Shown here in pieces: positions 15,001 through 30,000 of a DNA stretch of 64,000 nucleotides (positions within the stretch are counted from its first letter, which is position 1; each line of letters opens with the position of its first letter). The stretch is from Eledone cirrhosa. Lineage: Eukaryota. Made by a program: the position numbers and the translations under genes. A model generated the notes under the pieces. It was not told where the DNA came from. It made no database searches and worked only from the letters and a program-made list of their open reading frames with translations. The stretch lies in NCBI GenBank assembly GCA_964016885.1, contig OZ024742.1, forward strand, positions 368,156,001 through 368,220,000. The letters are read 5' to 3'.

Positions 15001-18000
15001 GGTTTACTATGTTGTGTCAGTGAGAGAGTGGTTTACTATGTTGTGTCAGTGAGTGGTTTACTATGTTGTGTCAGTGAGAGAGTGGTTTACTATGTTGTGT
15101 CAGTGAGTGGTTTACTATGTTGTGTCAGTGAGTGGTTTACTATGTTGTGTCAGTGAGAGAGTGGTTTACTATGTTGTGTCAGTGAGAGAGTGGTTTACTA
15201 TGTTGTGTCAGTGAGTGGTTTACTATGTTGTGTCAGTGAGTGGTTTACTATGTTGTGTCAGTGAGTGGTTTACTATGTTGTGTCAGTGAGTGGTTTACTA
15301 TGTTGTGTCAGTGAGAGAGTGGTTTACTATGTTGTGTCAGTGAGACAGTTGTTTACTATGTTGTGTCAGTGGGAGAGTGGTTTACTATGTTGTGTCAGTG
15401 AGAGAGTGGTTTACTATGTTGTGTCAGTGAGTGGTTTACTATGTTGTGTCAGTGAGTGGTTTACTATGTTATGTCAGTGAGTGGTTTACTATGTTGTGTC
15501 AGTGAGAGAGTGGTTTACTATGTTGTGTCAGTGAGAGAGTGGTTTACTATGTTGTGTCAGTGAGAGAGTGGTTTACTATGTTGTGTCAGTGAGTGGTTTA
15601 CCATGTTGTGTCAGTGAGTGGTTTACTATGTTGTGTCAGTGAGAGGGTGGTTTACTATGTTGTGTCAGTGAGAGAGTGGTTTACTATGTTGTGTCAGTGA
15701 GTGGTTTACTATATTGTGTCAGTGAGTGGTTTACTATGTTGTGTCAGTGAGAGAGTGGTTTACTATGTTGTGTCAGTGAGTGGTTTACTATGTTGTGTCA
15801 GTGAGAGAGTGGTTTACTATGTTGTGTCAGTGAGAGAGTGGTTTACTATGTTGTGTCAGTGAGTGGTTTACTATGTTGTGTCAGTGAGAGAGTGGTTTAC
15901 TATGTTGTGTCAGTGAGTGGTTTACTATGTTGTGTCAGTGAGTGGTTTACTATGTTGTGTCAGTGAGTGGTTTACTATGTTGTGTCAGTGAGAGAGTGGT
16001 TTACTATGTTGTGTCAGTGAGTGGTTTACTATGTTGTGTCAGTGAGAGAGTGGTTTACTATGTTGTGTCAGTGAGAGAGTGGTTTACTATGTTGTGTCAG
16101 TGAGAGAGTGGTTTACTATGTTGTGTCAGTGAGTGGTTTACTATGTTGTGTCAGTGAGTGGTTTACTATGTTGTGTCAGTGAGAGAGTGGTTTACTATGT
16201 TGTGTCAGTGAGAGGGTGGTTTACTATGTTGTGTCAGTGAGAGAGTGGTTTACTATGTTGTGTCAGTGAGTGGTTTACTATGTTGTGTCAGTGAGTGGTT
16301 TACTATGTTGTGTCAGTGAGAAAGTGGTTTACTATGTTGTGTCAGTGAGAGAGTGGTTTACTATGTTGTGTCAGTGAGTGGTTTACTATGTTGTGTCAGT
16401 GAGAGAGTGGTTTACTATGTTGTGTCAGTGAGTGGTTTACTATGTTGTGTCAGTGAGATAGTGGTTTACTATGTTGTGTCAGTGAGAGAGTGGTTTACTA
16501 TGTTGTGTCAGTGAGTGGTTTACTATGTTGTGCCAGTGAGTGGTTTACTATGTTGTGTCAGTGAGAGAGTGGTTTACTATGTTGTGTCAGTGAGAGAGTG
16601 GTTTACTATGTTGTGTCAGTGAGTGGTTTACTATGTTGTGTCAGTGAGTGGTTTACTATGTTGTGTCAGTGAGTGGTTTACTATGTTGTGTCAGTGAGTG
16701 GTTTACTATGTTGTGTCAGTGAGAGAGTGGTTTACTATGTTGTGTCAGTGAGAGAGTGGTTTACTATGTTGTGTCAGTGAGTGGTTTACTATGTTGTGTC
16801 AGTGAGTGGTTTACTATGTTGTGTCAGTGAGAGAGTGGTTTACTATGTTGTGTCAGTGAGAGAGTGGTTTACTATGTTGTGTCAGTGAGAGAGTGGTTTA
16901 CTATGTTGTGTCAGTGAGTGGTTTACTATGTTGTGTCAGTGAGTGGTTTACTATGTTGTGTCAGTGAGAGGGTGGTTTACTATGTTGTGTCAGTGAGAGA
17001 GTGGTTTACTATGTTGTGTCAGTGAGTGGTTTACTATGTTGTGTCAGTGAGTGGTTTACTATGTTGTGTCAGTGAGAGGGTGGTTTACTATGTTGTGTCA
17101 GTGAGAGAGTGGTTTACTATGTTGTGTCAGTGAGAGAGTGGTTTACTATGTTGTGTCAGTGAGAGAGTGGTTTACTATGTTGTGTCAGTGAGTGGTTTAC
17201 CATGTTGTGTCAGTGAGTGGTTTACTATGTTGTGTCAGTGAGAGAGTGGTTTACTATGTTGTGTCAGTGAGTGGTTTACTATGTTGTGTCAGTGAGTGGT
17301 TTACTATGTTGTGTCAGTGAGTGGTTTACTATGTTGTGTCAGTGAGAGAGTGGTTTACTATGTTGTGTCAGTGAGAGAGTGGTTTACTATGTTGTGTCAG
17401 TGAGAGAGTGGTTTACTATGTTGTGTCAGTGAGAGAGTGGTTTACTATGTTGTGTCAGTGAGAGAGTGGTTTACTATGTTGTGTCAGTGAGAGAGTGGTT
17501 TACTATGTTTTGTCAGTGAGAGAGTGGTTTACTATGTTGTGTCAGTGAGAGAGTGGTTTACTATGTTGTGTCAGTGAGAGAGTGGTTTACTATGTTGTGT
17601 CTGGGAGAGAGTGGTTTACTATGTTCTGTCAGTGAGAGAGTGGTTTACTATGTTGTGTCAGTGAGAGAGTGGTTTACTATGTTGTGTCAGTGAGAGAGTG
17701 GTTTACTATGTTGTATCAGTGAGTGGTCTACTATGCTGTGTCAGTGAGAGGATGGTTTACTATGTTGTGTCAGTGAGAGAGTGGTTTACTATGTTGTGTC
17801 AGTGAGTGGTTTACTATGTTGTGTCAGTGAGAGAGTGGTTTCCTATGTTGTGTCAGTGAGAGAGTGGTTTACTATGTTGTGTCAGTGAGTGGTTTACTAT
17901 GCTGTGTCAGTGAGAGAGTGGTTTACTATGTTGTGTCAGTGAGAGAGTGGTTTACTATGTTGTGTCAGTGAGAGAGTGGTTTACTATGTTGTGTCAGTGA

Positions 18001-21000
18001 GTGGTTTACTATGCTGTGTCAGTGAGAGAGTGGTTTACTATGTTGTGTCAGTGAGAGAGTGGTTTACTATGTTGTGTCAGTGAGAGAGTGGTTTACTATG
18101 TTGTGTCAGTGAGTGGTTTACTATGTTGTGTCAGTGAGAGAGTGGTTTACTATGTTGTGTCAGTGAGTGGTTTACTATGTTGTGCCAGTGAGTGGTTTAC
18201 TATGTTGTGTCAGTGAGAGAGTGGTTTACTATGTTGTGTCAGTGAGAGAGTGGTTTACTATGTTGTGTCAGTGAGTGGTTTACTATGTTGTTTCAGTGAG
18301 TGGTTTACTATGTTGTGTCAGTGAGTGGTTTACTATGTTGTGTCAGTGAGTGGTTTACTATGTTGTGTCAGTGAGAGAGTGGTTTACTATGTTGTGTCAG
18401 TGAGAGAGTGGTTTACTATGTTGTGTCAGTGAGTGGTTTACTATGTTGTGTCAGTGAGTGGTTTACTATGTTGTGTCAGTGAGAGAGTGGTTTACTATGT
18501 TGTGTCAGTGAGAGAGTGGTTTACTATGTTGTGTCAGTGAGAGAGTGGTTTACTATGTTGTGTCAGTGAGTGGTTTACTATGTTGTGTCAGTGAGTGGTT
18601 TACTATGTTGTGTCAGTGAGAGGGTGGTTTACTATGTTGTGTCAGTGAGAGAGTGGTTTACTATGTTGTGTCAGTGAGTGGTTTACTATGTTGTGTCAGT
18701 GAGTGGTTTACTATGTTGTGTCAGTGAGAGGGTGGTTTACTATGTTGTGTCAGTGAGAGAGTGGTTTACTATGTTGTGTCAGTGAGAGAGTGGTTTACTA
18801 TGTTGTGTCAGTGAGAGAGTGGTTTACTATGTTGTGTCAGTGAGAGAGTGGTTTACTATGTTGTGTCAGTGAGAGAGTGGTTTACTATGTTGTGTCAGTG
18901 AGAGAGTGGTTTACTATGTTTTGTCAGTGAGAGAGTGGTTTACTATGTTGTGTCAGTGAGAGAGTGGTTTACTATGTTGTGTCAGTGAGAGAGTGGTTTA
19001 CTATGTTGTGTCTGGGAGAGAGTGGTTTACTATGTTCTGTCAGTGAGAGAGTGGTTTACTATGTTGTGTCAGTGAGAGAGTGGTTTACTATGTTGTGTCA
19101 GTGAGAGAGTGGTTTACTATGTTGTATCAGTGAGTGGTCTACTATGCTGTGTCAGTGAGAGGATGGTTTACTATGTTGTGTCAGTGAGAGAGTGGTTTAC
19201 TATGTTGTGTCAGTGAGTGGTTTACTATGTTGTGTCAGTGAGAGAGTGGTTTACTATGTTGTGTCAGTGAGAGAGTGGTTTACTATGTTGTGTCAGTGAG
19301 TGGTTTACTATGCTGTGTCAGTGAGAGAGTGGTTTACTATGTTGTGTCAGTGAGAGAGTGGTTTACTATGTTGTGTCAGTGAGAGAGTGGTTTACTATGT
19401 TGTGTCAGTGAGTGGTTTACTATGCTGTGTCAGTGAGAGAGTGGTTTACTATGTTGTGTCAGTGAGAGAGTGGTTTACTATGTTGTGTCAGTGAGAGAGT
19501 GGTTTACTATGTTGTGTCAGTGAGTGGTTTACTATGTTGTGTCAGTGAGAGAGTGGTTTACTATGTTGTGTCAGTGAGTGGTTTACTATGTTGTGTCAGT
19601 GAGAGAGTGGTTTACTATGTTGTGTCAGTGAGAGGGTGGTTTACTATGTTGTGTCAGTGAGAGAGTGGTTTACTATGTTGTGTCAGTGAGAGAGTGGTTT
19701 ACTATGTTGTGTCAGTGAGAGAGTGGTTTACTATGTTGTGTCAGTGAGTGGTTTACTATGTTGTGTCAGTGAGTGGTTTACTATGTTGTGTCAGTGAGAG
19801 AGTGGTTTACTATGTTGTGTCAGTGAGTGGTTTACTATGTTGTGTCAGTGAGAGAGTGGTTTACTATGTTGTGTCAGTGAGTGGTTTACTATGTTGTGTC
19901 AGTGAGTGGTTTACTATGTTGTGTCAGTGAGTGAGTGGTTTACTATGTTGTGTCAGTGAGAGAGTGGTTTACTATGTTGTGTCAGTGAGTGGTTTACTAT
20001 GTTGTGTCAGTGAGTGGTTTACTATGTTGTGTCAGTGAGTGGTTTACTATGTTGTGTCAGTGAGAGAGTGGTTTACTATGTTGTGTCAGTGAGTGGTTTA
20101 CTATGTTGTGTCAGTGAGTGGTTTACTATTTTGTGTCAGTGAGTGGTTTACTATGTTGTGTCAGTGAGTGGTTTACTATGTTGTGTCAGTGAGAGAGTGG
20201 TTTACTATGTTGTGTCAGTCAGTGGTTTACTATGTTGTGTCAGTGAGTGGTTTACTATGTTGTGTCAGTGAGTGGTTTACTATGTTGTGTCAGTGAGTGG
20301 TTTACTATGTTGTGTCAGTGAGTGGTTTACTATGTTGTGTCAGTGAGAGTGTGGTTTACTATGTTGTGTCAGTGAGTGGTTTACTATGTTGTGTCAGTGA
20401 GTGGTTTACTATGTTGTGTCAGTGAGTGGTTTACTATGTTGTGTCAGTGAGTGGTTTACTATGTTGTGTCAGTGAGAGAGTGGTTTACTATGTTGTGTCA
20501 GTGAGTGGTTTACTATGATGTGTCAGTGAGTGCTTTACTATGTTGTGTCAGTGAGTGGTTTACTATGTTGTGTCAGTGAGAGAGTGGTTTACTATGTTGT
20601 GTCAGTGAGTGGTTTACTATGTTGTGTCAGTGAGTGGTTTACTATGTTGTGTCAGTGAGAGAGTGGTTTACTATGTTGTGTCAGTGAGTGGTTTACTATG
20701 TTGTGTCAGTGAGTGGTTTACTATGTTGTGTCAGTGAGTGGTTTACTATGTTCTGTCAGTGAGTGGTTTACTATGTTGTGTCAGTGAGAGAGTGGTTTAC
20801 TATGTTGTGTCAGTGAGTGGTTTACTATGTTGTGTCAGTGAGTGGTTTACTATGTTGTGTCAGTGAGAGAGTGGTTTACTATGTTGTGTCAGTGAGTGGT
20901 TTACTATGTTGTGTCAGTGAGTGGTTTACTATGTTGTGTCAGTGAGAGAGTGGTTTACTATGTTGTGTCAGTGAGAGAGTGGTTTACTATGTTGTGTCAG

Positions 21001-24000
21001 TGAGAGAGTGGTTTACTATGTTGTGTCAGTGAGTGGTTTACTATGTTGTGTCAGTGAGTGGTTTACTATGTTGTGTCAGTGAGAGGGTGGTTTACTATGT
21101 TGTGTCAGTGAGAGAGTGGTTTACTATGTTGTGTCAGTGAGTGGTTTACTATGTTGTGTCAGTGAGTGGTTTACTATGTTGTGTCAGTGAGAGGGTGGTT
21201 TACTATGTTGTGTCAGTGAGAGAGTGGTTTACTATGTTGTGTCAGTGAGAGAGTGGTTTACTATGTTGTGTCAGTGAGAGAGTGGTTTACTATGTTGTGT
21301 CAGTGAGTGGTTTACCATGTTGTGTCAGTGAGTGGTTTACTATGTTGTGTCAGTGAGAGAGTGGTTTACTATGTTGTGTCAGTGAGTGGTTTACTATGTT
21401 GTGTCAGTGAGTGGTTTACTATGTTGTGTCAGTGAGTGGTTTACTATGTTGTGTCAGTGAGAGAGTGGTTTACTATGTTGTGTCAGTGAGAGAGTGGTTT
21501 ACTATGTTGTGTCAGTGAGAGAGTGGTTTACTATGTTGTGTCAGTGAGAGAGTGGTTTACTATGTTGTGTCAGTGAGAGAGTGGTTTACTATGTTGTGTC
21601 AGTGAGAGAGTGGTTTACTATGTTTTGTCAGTGAGAGAGTGGTTTACTATGTTGTGTCAGTGAGAGAGTGGTTTACTATGTTGTGTCAGTGAGAGAGTGG
21701 TTTACTATGTTGTGTCTGGGAGAGAGTGGTTTACTATGTTCTGTCAGTGAGAGAGTGGTTTACTATGTTGTGTCAGTGAGAGAGTGGTTTACTATGTTGT
21801 GTCAGTGAGAGAGTGGTTTACTATGTTGTATCAGTGAGTGGTCTACTATGCTGTGTCAGTGAGAGGATGGTTTACTATGTTGTGTCAGTGAGAGAGTGGT
21901 TTACTATGTTGTGTCAGTGAGTGGTTTACTATGTTGTGTCAGTGAGAGAGTGGTTTACTATGTTGTGTCAGTGAGAGAGTGGTTTACTATGTTGTGTCAG
22001 TGAGTGGTTTACTATGCTGTGTCAGTGAGAGAGTGGTTTACTATGTTGTGTCAGTGAGAGAGTGGTTTACTATGTTGTGTCAGTGAGAGAGTGGTTTACT
22101 ATGTTGTGTCAGTGAGTGGTTTACTATGCTGTGTCAGTGAGAGAGTGGTTTACTATGTTGTGTCAGTGAGAGAGTGGTTTACTATGTTGTGTCAGTGAGA
22201 GAGTGGTTTACTATGTTGTGTCAGTGAGTGGTTTACTATGTTGTGTCAGTGAGAGAGTGGTTTACTATGTTGTGTCAGTGAGTGGTTTACTATGTTGTGT
22301 CAGTGAGAGAGTGGTTTACTATGTTGTGTCAGTGAGAGGGTGGTTTACTATGTTGTGTCAGTGAGAGAGTGGTTTACTATGTTGTGTCAGTGAGAGAGTG
22401 GTTTACTATGTTGTGTCAGTGAGAGAGTGGTTTACTATGTTGTGTCAGTGAGTGGTTTACTATGTTGTGTCAGTGAGTGGTTTACTATGTTGTGTCAGTG
22501 AGAGAGTGGTTTACTATGTTGTGTCAGTGAGTGGTTTACTATGTTGTGTCAGTGAGAGAGTGGTTTACTATGTTGTGTCAGTGAGTGGTTTACTATGTTG
22601 TGTCAGTGAGTGGTTTACTATGTTGTGTCAGTGAGTGAGTGGTTTACTATGTTGTGTCAGTGAGAGAGTGGTTTACTATGTTGTGTCAGTGAGTGGTTTA
22701 CTATGTTGTGTCAGTGAGTGGTTTACTATGTTGTGTCAGTGAGTGGTTTACTATGTTGTGTCAGTGAGAGAGTGGTTTACTATGTTGTGTCAGTGAGTGG
22801 TTTACTATGTTGTGTCAGTGAGTGGTTTACTATTTTGTGTCAGTGAGTGGTTTACTATGTTGTGTCAGTGAGTGGTTTACTATGTTGTGTCAGTGAGAGA
22901 GTGGTTTACTATGTTGTGTCAGTCAGTGGTTTACTATGTTGTGTCAGTGAGTGGTTTACTATGTTGTGTCAGTGAGTGGTTTACTATGTTGTGTCAGTGA
23001 GTGGTTTACTATGTTGTGTCAGTGAGTGGTTTACTATGTTGTGTCAGTGAGAGAGTGGTTTACTATGTTGTGTCAGTGAGTGGTTTACTATGTTGTGTCA
23101 GTGAGTGGTTTACTATGTTGTGTCAGTGAGTGGTTTACTATGTTGTGTCAGTGAGAGAGTGGTTTACTATGTTGTGTCAGTGAGTGGTTTACTATGATGT
23201 GTCAGTGAGTGCTTTACTATGTTGTGTCAGTGAGTGGTTTACTATGTTGTGTCAGTGAGAGAGTGGTTTACTATGTTGTGTCAGTGAGTGGTTTACTATG
23301 TTGTGTCAGTGAGTGGTTTACTATGTTGTGTCAGTGAGAGAGTGGTTTACTATGTTGTGTCAGTGAGTGGTTTACTATGTTGTGTCAGTGAGTGGTTTAC
23401 TATGTTGTGTCAGTGAGTGGTTTACTATGTTCTGTCAGTGAGTGGTTTACTATGTTGTGTCAGTGAGAGAGTGGTTTACTATGTTGTGTCAGTGAGTGGT
23501 TTACTATGTTGTGTCAGTGAGTGGTTTACTATGTTGTGTCAGTGAGAGAGTGGTTTACTATGTTGTGTCAGTGAGTGGTTTACTATGTTGTGTCAGTGAG
23601 TGGTTTACTATGTTGTGTCAGTGAGTGGTTTACTATGTTGTGTCAGTGAGAGAGTGGTTTACTATTTTGTGTCAATGAGTGGTTTACTATGTTGTGTCAG
23701 TGAGAGAGTGGTTTACTATGTTGTGTCAGTCAGAGAGTGGTTTACTATGTTGTGTCAGTGAGAGAGTGGTTTACTATGTTGTGTCAGTGAGTGGTTTACT
23801 ATGTTGTGTCAGTGAGAGAGTGGTTTACTATGTTGTGTCAGTGAGTGGTTTACTTTGTTGTGTCAGTGAGAGAGTGGTTTACTATGTTGTGTCAGTGAGA
23901 GAGTGGTTTACTATGTTGTGTCAGTGAGAGAGTGGTTTACTATGTTGTGTCAGTGAGTGGTTTACTATGCTGTGTCAGTGAGTGGTTTACTATGGTGTGT

Positions 24001-27000
24001 CAGTGAGAGGGTGGTTTACTATGTTGTGTCAGTGAGAGAGTGGTTTACTATGTTGTGTCAGTGAGAGAGTGGTTTACTATGTTGTGTCAGTGAGTGGTTT
24101 ACTATGTTGTGTCAGTGAGTGGTTTACTATGTTGTGTCAGTGAGAGGGTGGTTTACTATGTTGTGTCAGTGAGAGAGTGGTTTACTATGTTGTGTCAGTG
24201 AGAGAGTGGTTTACTATGTTGTGTCAGTGAGTGGTTTACTATGCTGTGTCAGTGAGAGAGTGGTTTACTATGTTGTGTCAGTGAGAGAGTGGTTTACTAT
24301 GTTGTGTCAGTGAGAGAGTGGTTTACTATGTTGTGTCAGTGAGTGGTTTACTATGTTGTGTCAGTGAGAGAGTGGTTTACTATGTTGTGTCAGTGAGTGG
24401 TTTACTATGTTGTGTCAGTGAGAGAGTGGTTTACTATGTTGTGTCAGTGAGAGGGTGGTTTACTATGTTGTGTCAGTGAGAGAGTGGTTTACTATGTTGT
24501 GTCAGTGAGAGAGTGGTTTACTATGTTGTGTCAGTGAGAGAGTGGTTTACTATGTTGTGTCAGTGAGTGGTTTACTATGTTGTGTCAGTGAGTGGTTTAC
24601 TATGTTGTGTCAGTGAGAGAGTGGTTTACTATGTTGTGTCAGTGAGTGGTTTACTATGTTGTGTCAGTGAGTGAGTGGTTTACTATGTTGTGTCAGTGTG
24701 TGGTTTACTATGTTGTGTCAGTGAGTGGTTTACTATGTTGTGTCAGTGAGTGAGTGGTTTACTATGTTGTGTCAGTGAGAGAGTGGTTTACTATGTTGTG
24801 TCAGTGAGTGGTTTACTATGTTGTGTCAGTGAGTGGTTTACTATGTTGTGTCAGTGAGAGAGTGGTTTACTATGTTGTGTCAGTCAGTGGTTTACTATGT
24901 TGTGTCAGTGAGTGGTTTACTATGTTGTGTCAGTGAGTGGTTTACTATGTTGTGTCAGTGAGTGGTTTACTATGTTGTGTCAGTGAGTGGTTTACTATGT
25001 TGTGTCAGTGAGAGAGTGGTTTACTATGTTGTGTCAGTGAGTGGTTTACTATGTTGTGTCAGTGAGTGGTTTACTATGTTGTGTCAGTGAGTGGTTTACT
25101 ATGTTGTGTCAGTGAGTGGTTTACTATGTTGTGTCAGTGAGAGAGTGGTTTACTATGTTGTGTCAGTGAGTGGTTTACTATGATGTGTCAGTGAGTGCTT
25201 TACTATGTTGTGTCAGTGAGTGGTTTACTATGTTGTGTCAGTGAGAGAGTGGTTTACTATGTTGTGTCAGTGAGTGGTTTACTATGTTGTGTCAGTGAGT
25301 GGTTTACTATGTTGTGTCAGTGAGAGAGTGGTTTACTATGTTGTGTCAGTGAGTGGTTTACTATGTTGTGTCAGTGAGTGGTTTACTATGTTGTGTCAGT
25401 GAGTGGTTTACTATGTTCTGTCAGTGAGTGGTTTACTATGTTGTGTCAGTGAGAGAGTGGTTTACTATGTTGTGTCAGTGAGTGGTTTACTATGTTGTGT
25501 CAGTGAGTGGTTTACTATGTTGTGTCAGTGAGAGAGTGGTTTACTATGTTGTGTCAGTGAGTGGTTTACTATGTTGTGTCAGTGAGTGGTTTACTATGTT
25601 GTGTCAGTGAGTGGTTTACTATGTTGTGTCAGTGAGAGAGTGGTTTACTATTTTGTGTCAATGAGTGGTTTACTATGTTGTGTCAGTGAGAGAGTGGTTT
25701 ACTATGTTGTGTCAGTCAGAGAGTGGTTTACTATGTTGTGTCAGTGAGAGAGTGGTTTACTATGTTGTGTCAGTGAGTGGTTTACTATGTTGTGTCAGTG
25801 AGAGAGTGGTTTACTATGTTGTGTCAGTGAGTGGTTTACTTTGTTGTGTCAGTGAGAGAGTGGTTTACTATGTTGTGTCAGTGAGAGAGTGGTTTACTAT
25901 GTTGTGTCAGTGAGAGAGTGGTTTACTATGTTGTGTCAGTGAGTGGTTTACTATGCTGTGTCAGTGAGTGGTTTACTATGGTGTGTCAGTGAGAGGGTGG
26001 TTTACTATGTTGTGTCAGTGAGAGAGTGGTTTACTATGTTGTGTCAGTGAGAGAGTGGTTTACTATGTTGTGTCAGTGAGTGGTTTACTATGTTGTGTCA
26101 GTGAGTGGTTTACTATGTTGTGTCAGTGAGAGGGTGGTTTACTATGTTGTGTCAGTGAGAGAGTGGTTTACTATGTTGTGTCAGTGAGAGAGTGGTTTAC
26201 TATGTTGTGTCTGTGAGTGGTATACTATGTTGTGTCAGTGAGAGAGTGGTTTACTATGTTGTGTCAGTGAGTGGTTTACTATGTTGTGTCTGTGAGAGTG
26301 TGGTTTACTATGTTGTGTCAGTGAGAGAGTGGTTTACTATGTTGTGTCAGTGAGAGAGTGGTTTACTATGTTGTGTCAGTGAGAGAGTGGTTTACTATGT
26401 TATGTCTGTGAGAGAGTGGTTTACTATGTTGTGTCAGTGAGAGAGTGGTTTACTATGTTGTGTCAGTGAGAGAGTGGTTTACTATGTTGTGTCAGTGAGT
26501 GGTTTACTATGTTGTGTCAGTGAGTGGTTTACTATGTTGTGTCAGTGAGTGGTTTACTATGTTCTGTCAGTGAGTGGTTTACTATGTTGTGTCAGTGAGA
26601 GAGTGGTTTACTATGTTGAGTCAGTGAGTGGTTTACTATGTTGTGTCAGTGAGAGAGTGGTTTACTATGTTGTGTCTGTGAGAGAGTGGTTTACTATGTT
26701 GTGTCAGTGAGTGGTTTACTATGTTGTGTCAGTGAGAGAGTGGTTTACTATGTTGTGTCAGTGAGTGGTTTACTATGTTGTGTCAGTGAGAGAGTGGTTT
26801 ACTATGTTGTGTCAGTGAGTGGTTTACTATGTTGTGTCAGTGAGAGAGTGGTTTACTATGTTGTGTCAGTGAGTGGTTTACTATGTTGTGTCTGTGAGAG
26901 TGTGGTTTACTATGTTGTGTCAGTGAGAGAGTGGTTTACTATGTTGTGTCAGTGAGAGAGTGGTTTACTATGTTGTGTCAGTGAGAGAGTGGTTTACTAT

Positions 27001-30000
27001 GTTATGTCTGTGAGAGAGTGGTTTACTATGTTGTGTCAGTGAGAGAGTGGTTTACTATGTTGTGTCAGTGAGAGAGTGGTTTACTATGTTGTGTCAGTGA
27101 GAGAGTGGTTTACTATGTTGTGTCAGTGAGAGAGTGGTTTACTATGTTGTGTCAGTGAGTGGTTTACTATGTTGTGTCAGTGAGTGGTTTACTATGTTGT
27201 GTCAGTGAGTGGTTTACTATGTTATGTCAGTGAGTGGTTTACTATGTTGTGTCAGTGAGAGAGTGGTTTACTATGTTGTGTCAGTGAGAGAGTGGTTTAC
27301 TATGTTGTGTCAGTGAGAGAGTGGTTTACTATGTTGTGTCAGTGAGTGGTTTACCATGTTGTGTCAGTGAGTGGTTTACTATGTTGTGTCAGTGAGAGGA
27401 TGGTTTACTATGTTGTGTCAGTGAGAGAGTGGTTTACTATGTTGTGTCAGTGAGTGGTTTACTATGTTGTGTCAGTGAGTGGTTTACTATGTTGTGTCAG
27501 TGAGAGAGTGGTTTACTATGTTGTGTCAGTGAGTGGTTTACTATGTTGTGTCAGTGAGAGAGTGGTTTACTATGTTGTGTCAGTGAGAGAGTGGTTTACT
27601 ATGTTGTGTCAGTGAGAGAGTGGTTTACTATGTTGTGTCAGTGAGAGAGTGGTTTACTATGTTGTGTCAGTGAGTGGTTTACTATGTTGTGTCAGTGAGA
27701 GAGTGGTTTACTATGTTGTGTCAGTGAGTGGTTTACTATGTTGTGTCAGTGAGAGAGTGGTTTACTATGTTGTGTCAGTGAGAGAGTGGTTTACTATGTT
27801 GTGTCAGTGAGAGAGTGGTTTACTATGTTGTGTCAGTGAGAGAGTGGTTTACTATGTTGTGTCAGTGAGAGGGTGGTTTACTATGTTGTGTCAGTGAGAG
27901 AGTGGTTTACTATGTTGTGTCAGTGAGTGGTTTACTATGTTGTGTCAGTGAGTGGTTTACTATGTTGTGTCAGTGAGAAAGTGGTTTACTATGTTGTGTC
28001 AGTGAGAGAGTGGTTTACTATGTTGTGTCAGTGAGTGGTTTACTATGTTGTGTCAGTGAGAGAGTGGTTTACTATGCTGTGTCAGTGAGAGAGTGGTTTA
28101 TTATGTTGTGTCAGTGAGTGGTTTACTATGTTGTGTCAGTGAGAGAGTGGTTTACTATGTTGTGTCAGTGAGAGAGTGGTTTACTATGTTGTGTCAGTGA
28201 GTGGTTTACTATGTTGTGTCAGTGAGTGGTTTACTATGTTGTGTCAGTGAGAGAGTGGTTTACTATGTTGTGTCAGTGAGAGAGTGGTTTACTATGTTGT
28301 GTCAGTGAGTGGTTTACTATGTTGTGTCAGTGAGTGGTTTACTATGTTGTGTCAGTGAGAGAGTGGTTTACTATGTTGTGTCAGTGAGTGGTTTACTATG
28401 TTGTGTCAGTGAGAGAGTGGTTTACTATGTTGTGTCAGTGAGAGAGTGGTTTACTATGTTGTGTCAGTGAGTGGTGTACTATGTTGTGTCAGTGAGTGGT
28501 TTACTATGTTGCGTCAGTGAGAGAGTGGTTTACTATGTTGTGTCAGTGAGAGAGTGGTTTACTATGTTGTGTCAGTGAGAGAGTGGTTTACTATGTTGTG
28601 TCAGTGAGTGGTTTACTATGTTGTGTCAGTGAGAGGGTGGTTTACTATGTTGTGTCAGTGAGAGAGTGGTTTACTATGTTGTATCAGTGAGTGGTTTACT
28701 ATGTTGTGTCAGTGAGTGGTTTACTATGTTGTGTCAGTGAGAGGGTGGTTTACTATGTTGTGTCAGTGAGAGAGTGGTTTACTATGTTGTGTCAGTGAGA
28801 GAGTGGTTTACTATGTTGTGTCAGTGAGAGAGTGGTTTACTATGTTGTGTCAGTGAGAGAGTGGTTTACTATGTTGTGTCAGTGAGTGGTTTACCATGTT
28901 GTGTCAGTGAGTGGTTTACTATGTTGTGTCAGTGAGAGGGTGGTTTACTATGTTGTGTCAGTGAGAGAGTGGTTTACTATGTTGTGTCAGTGAGTGGTTT
29001 ACTATGTTGTGTCAGTGAGTGGTTTACTATGTTGTGTCAGTGAGAGAGTGGTTTACTATGTTGTGTCAGTGAGTGGTTTACTATGTTGTGTCAGTGAGAG
29101 AGTGGTTTACTATGTTGTGTCAGTGAGAGAGTGGTTTACTATGTTGTGTCAGTGAGAGAGTGGTTTACTATGTTGTGTCAGTGAGAGAGTGGTTTACTAT
29201 GTTGTGTCAGTGAGTGGTTTACTATGTTGTGTCAGTGAGTGGTTTACTATGTTGTGTCAGTGAGAGAGTGGTTTACTATGTTGTGTCAGTGAGTGGTTTA
29301 CTATGTTGTGTCAGTGAGAGAGTGGTTTACTATGTTGTGTCAGTGAGAGAGTGGTTTACTATGTTGTGTCAGTGAGAGAGTGGTTTACAATGTTGTGTCA
29401 GTGAGTGGTTTACTATGTTGTGTCAGTGAGTGGTTTACTATGTTGTGTCAGTGTGAGAGTGGTTTACTATGTTGTGTCAGTGAGAGGGTGGTTTACTATG
29501 TTGTGTCAGTGAGAGAGTGGTTTACTATGTTGTGTCAGTGAGTGGTTTACTATGTTGTGTCAGTGAGTGGTTTACTATGTTGTGTCAGTGAGAAAGTGGT
29601 TTACTATGTTGTGTCAGTGAGAGAGTGGTTTACTATGTTGTGTCAGTGAGTGGTTTACTATGTTGTGTCAGTGAGAGAGTGGTTTACTATGTTGTGTCAG
29701 TGAGTGGTTTACTATGTTGTGTCAGTGAGAGAGTGGTTTACTATGTTGTGTCAGTGAGAGAGTGGTTTACTATGTTGTGTCAGTGAGAGAGTGGTTTACT
29801 ATGTTGTGTCAGTGAGTGGTTTACTATGTTGTGTCAGTGAGTGGTTTACTATGTTGTGTCAGTGAGAGAGTGGTTTACTATGTTGTGTCAGTGAGAGAGT
29901 GGTTTACTATGTTGTGTCAGTGAGTGGTTTACTATGTTGTGTCAGTGAGTGGTTTACTATGTTGTGTCAGTGAGAGAGTGGTTTACTATGTTGTGTCAGT

